In this document: piece by piece, positions 60,976 to 64,000 of the stretch
Numbering within the stretch: the stretch's first letter is position 1
How the letters are laid out: each line of letters begins with the position of its first letter
NCBI GenBank assembly: GCA_951406725.2
Contig: OX597817.1
Span: 127,534,001 to 127,598,000 of the forward strand
Reading direction: 5' to 3'
Source: Octopus vulgaris
Lineage: Eukaryota
Length of the DNA stretch: 64,000 nucleotides
The notes under the pieces: generated by a model
The model's database searches: none
What the model was told of the DNA's origin: nothing
The model's input: only the letters and a program-made list of their open reading frames with translations
Made by a program: the position numbers and the translations under genes

Positions 60976-61997
60976 GGATTAATTCTGGCGTGCAGACGCA
61001 GTCAGAACGTCTGCTATGTCACCTCCTGCTGGTCACGACATCGTAGTCTCTGTTGCGGCTGTCCATGTCACATCTTATGACATTTACAGTGTTTACAGAC
61101 CATTCATTGGTTATCCACTTGTGCGCGTTTCCTGACCGGCTACAGATGTGTCGAGGCTTGCTACGGAATTTCTAATTAGGATACTTGATTAAATATATTC
61201 ATGACTTTGCGTCTGCTTTTCTGTGGGTTTGTCTAAGTATTTCATTTATTTTTGTTTTCCTCGCTGATGGAGGAAAAATCCTTTTAGATTAATCCCGAGA
61301 TCGGAACCGATTCAGGGATAACTAAAATGAATTTTCGTTAGCTTGCTTTCCTTGTTTCGACACATATAGTGAAAATATTTTATGTGTTTGGACAATTTAG
61401 CATCTATTTTTCAACATATTGGCAAAGAAAATTTTCTTCTTTTGCCCTTATTTATTGTTGTGTGTGTATATATATGTATATGAAATTCACTCATAAGACT
61501 GGTCGGTCTGAAACTATAGTAGAAGATACTTGCCCAAGGTGCCAGTGAAACTGAACCCGGAGCCATGTGGTTGTGAAGCAAGCTTCTTACCGCACAGGTA
61601 CGCCTTATATATATAAGGAGACACCCGTGTGATATACACTTAACACGTTATATTATTGCTCATCTATGATTGAAAGGATCTATAATCAAAAGGTATTCCA
61701 TCTATGACCAGTCCATCATTATTTACGGTGTCCATATTTTTTTAACATGGTAGGTTGTAAGACGGACGTTTTGATGCTATTTCTACCACAGAGACTCCTA
61801 ACTCATTCATGTGTATACACATATTACATATATAATTATATAAACATATGTGCATGTGTATGCAAACGTGTTTAAAAATGTATGTGCATTTAAATATAAA
61901 TTTGCATGAATATATATATGCATACATGTATTCGCATGTGTAACTATGTATATATATATAGAGAGAGAGATAGATACGTATATCATCATCATCGTAT

Positions 61998-62042
<45 letters not shown>

Positions 62043-62068
62043 TATACATACATATATATAAATATATG

Positions 62069-62100
<32 letters not shown>

Positions 62101-62644
62101 AATATATGTATATATATGTACATATATATATATAAATATATGTATATATATATATAAAAATATGCATACATATATATATCACATGACCGACCAGACCAGA
62201 TGTTGTTACATCGCTGGTCACAATGCGTTCGCATTGTTTTAGCCTTCGAATGACGCCACCCCACTGGCTAAGCAAGCAGGCCAATACATATATATATATA
62301 TATATGCACATACATTGGTTGGGTGCAATTTAGATGTATGAGTAATGAAATATTCAATATATTGCTAAAAGCATGAGTGGTGATGATTGTGTATGTATAC
62401 GTGTGTCTATATATGTGTGAGAAACCATGAAATTAAAAAATTAAATCCATAGAATGGTGTGGACAGGCTGCTTGGTACAGTCACTGAGGTTAATTACAAT
62501 TATTATAAGTGAGCGATCAGAGATGAATAATATAAAAACTAAATGAATTTTTAGTGGTTGATTATTTTCTTATTTGTTTTATTGGTGATGGCAAAAAGCA
62601 GGGTAAGTTTTTATTGTAGCTTCATATGTATTGAGTGGTGTGTG

Positions 62645-62677
<33 letters not shown>

Positions 62678-62823
62678 GCGCAGATGTGCTGTGTGGTAAG
62701 AAGCTTGCTCCCAACTACATGGTTCCGGGTTTAGTCCCATTGCGTGGTACCTTGGGCAAGTTTCTATTGTAGCCTTGGGCCGACCAAAGCCTTTAGTGTG
62801 CATTTGATAGACGGAAACTGTTG

Positions 62824-62859
<36 letters not shown>

Positions 62860-62862
<3 letters not shown>

Positions 62863-63305
62863 CATCATGAAATATATACATATATTTTTTTTATTCTTTT
62901 AGTTGTTTCACTCATTTCACTACGGCCGTGCCAGAGCACCACGTTACAGAGTTTTTTAGTCGAAGAAACCGACCCCCAGGACTTACTCACGGTAAGCGTA
63001 GTACTTATTTGCCGAACCACTAAGTTACTGAAACCCAAACACACCAATATATATATATATACGTGTGTTTGTCTTTGTGTCTGAGCTTGTCCCCTCACCA
63101 TCCCTTAACAGATGATGTTTGTGTGTTTGGGTTTCTGTAACTTAGTGGTTCAGCAAATAAGTACTACGCTTACCGTGAGTAAGTCCTGGGGTCGGTTTCT
63201 TCGACTAAAAAACTCTGTAAGGTGGTGCTCCGGCACGGCCGTAGTGAAATGACTTGAACAACTAAAAGAATAAAAAAAAATATATGTATATATTTCATGA
63301 TGAAA
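62860..63305. repeat. Local inverted duplication, ~185-bp arms (62860-63045 and 63118-63305), of a family B SINE tail plus flank
   Basis: CCCCAGGACTTACTCACGGTAAGCGTAGTACTTATTTG and TTTCATCATGAAATATATACATATA have reverse complements in the other arm. Confidence 0.88.
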
Positions 63306-63745
63306 GTGTCATGGATCCACACATAATTGTGTCTGGCTTGAAGATCAGCGCAAAGGATTATCTGGACATCCTGAAGAACTCCCTGTCAACTTGGATTGAG
63401 CAGAACAATGCTGTGCTTATCCAGAATTCTGCACCATGCTATGGGTCAAAAGCATCACAGGCCTTCCTTGGTGAGAAAGTGCTATTTTTTGTGAGGGCTA
63501 ACATCTGGTCAAGTGATAGCCCAGATCTCAACCTTCTCGATTACTTTTTACGGAGCGTACTTAAAGCAAAGACCAATGCTTCACCACTCAAGTATCAACA
63601 GTTTGAGGACCTGCATCGTGCCTGCGACACGCAAAATCAAAACGGCGGAAGTTGCAGCAGTTGCAAAATGATTTGGTTCTCATGTGGAGATAGTAATTGC
63701 CGAAAAGGGCGGCCATATTGATAAATGTTTTTGTTGTAATAAATC
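63306..63745 (+). mobile_element. Tc1/mariner (maT/DD37D-like) transposase C-terminal relic
   Basis: YLDILKNSL, LIQNSAPCY (cf. QQDSAPCH), WSSDSPDLNLLDYF (cf. WPPNSPDLNPLDY). Confidence 0.8.
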
Positions 63746-64000
63746 TATATATACAAAGCTGAGGTTATCTGTGTGTGGCAGGTTTGGTAGCCTTCAACTA
63801 ACATTATCTTCTCCGAGACCCTGCGGCGCAAGTTGACCAAAATTGAAAGTATGATAGAAGGCTTGTTCTTCATTCACGAGAAGATAAAATTCAAATCGGA
63901 CCATGTTAACACCAAAAATTATTTACATCAAAATGGTGCTTTTTTTCTATGAAAATCCCTAAATTTTACGATTTTTTTACTTATGTGTCGCCATTTTTCG
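63745..64000 (-). mobile_element. Non-autonomous Helitron/Helentron-type element, truncated by the window end
   Basis: Reverse complement of 17355-17610 (GGCTACCAAACCTGCCACAC, CGCAGGGTCTCGGAG, TGTTAACATGGTCCGATTTGAATT). Confidence 0.65.

Overview
Eukaryotic, AT-rich, repeat-saturated genomic DNA with long (TA)n, (AAT)n, (GATA)n and (CA)n tracts. The SINE/LINE complement suggests a coleoid cephalopod, probably Octopus (inference). One host gene can be assembled by hand on the + strand: a geminin (GMNN)-family gene of 7 predicted coding exons (26605-26628, 27031-27060, 37588-37765, 42037-42119, 45970-46011, 46106-46195, 47612-47695; 531 nt, 176 aa). It has a CCAAT/E2F/CHR-type cell-cycle promoter. 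The rest is mostly mobile DNA: R4/Dong-like RLE LINE fragments in (AAT)n, RTE LINE copies, a solo LTR with a 4-bp TSD, hAT and Tc1/mariner relics, piggyBac-, Tc2/pogo- and Helitron-type non-autonomous elements, and several tRNA-derived SINE families. Most ORF-track entries are microsatellite or repeat artefacts. Three unannotated signals stand out. (1) A set of minimal Penelope-type hammerhead ribozyme motifs, three of them in a (TA)n-punctuated array at 17.6-19.3 kb, each with a different palindromic stem III. (2) A 30-nt in-frame geminin microexon in the loop of a palindromic MITE, whose branch point is the exact reverse complement of its own 5' splice site. (3) A tRNA-headed SINE with a hammerhead-like tail. 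All calls were made by eye, with no database searches or folding computations.
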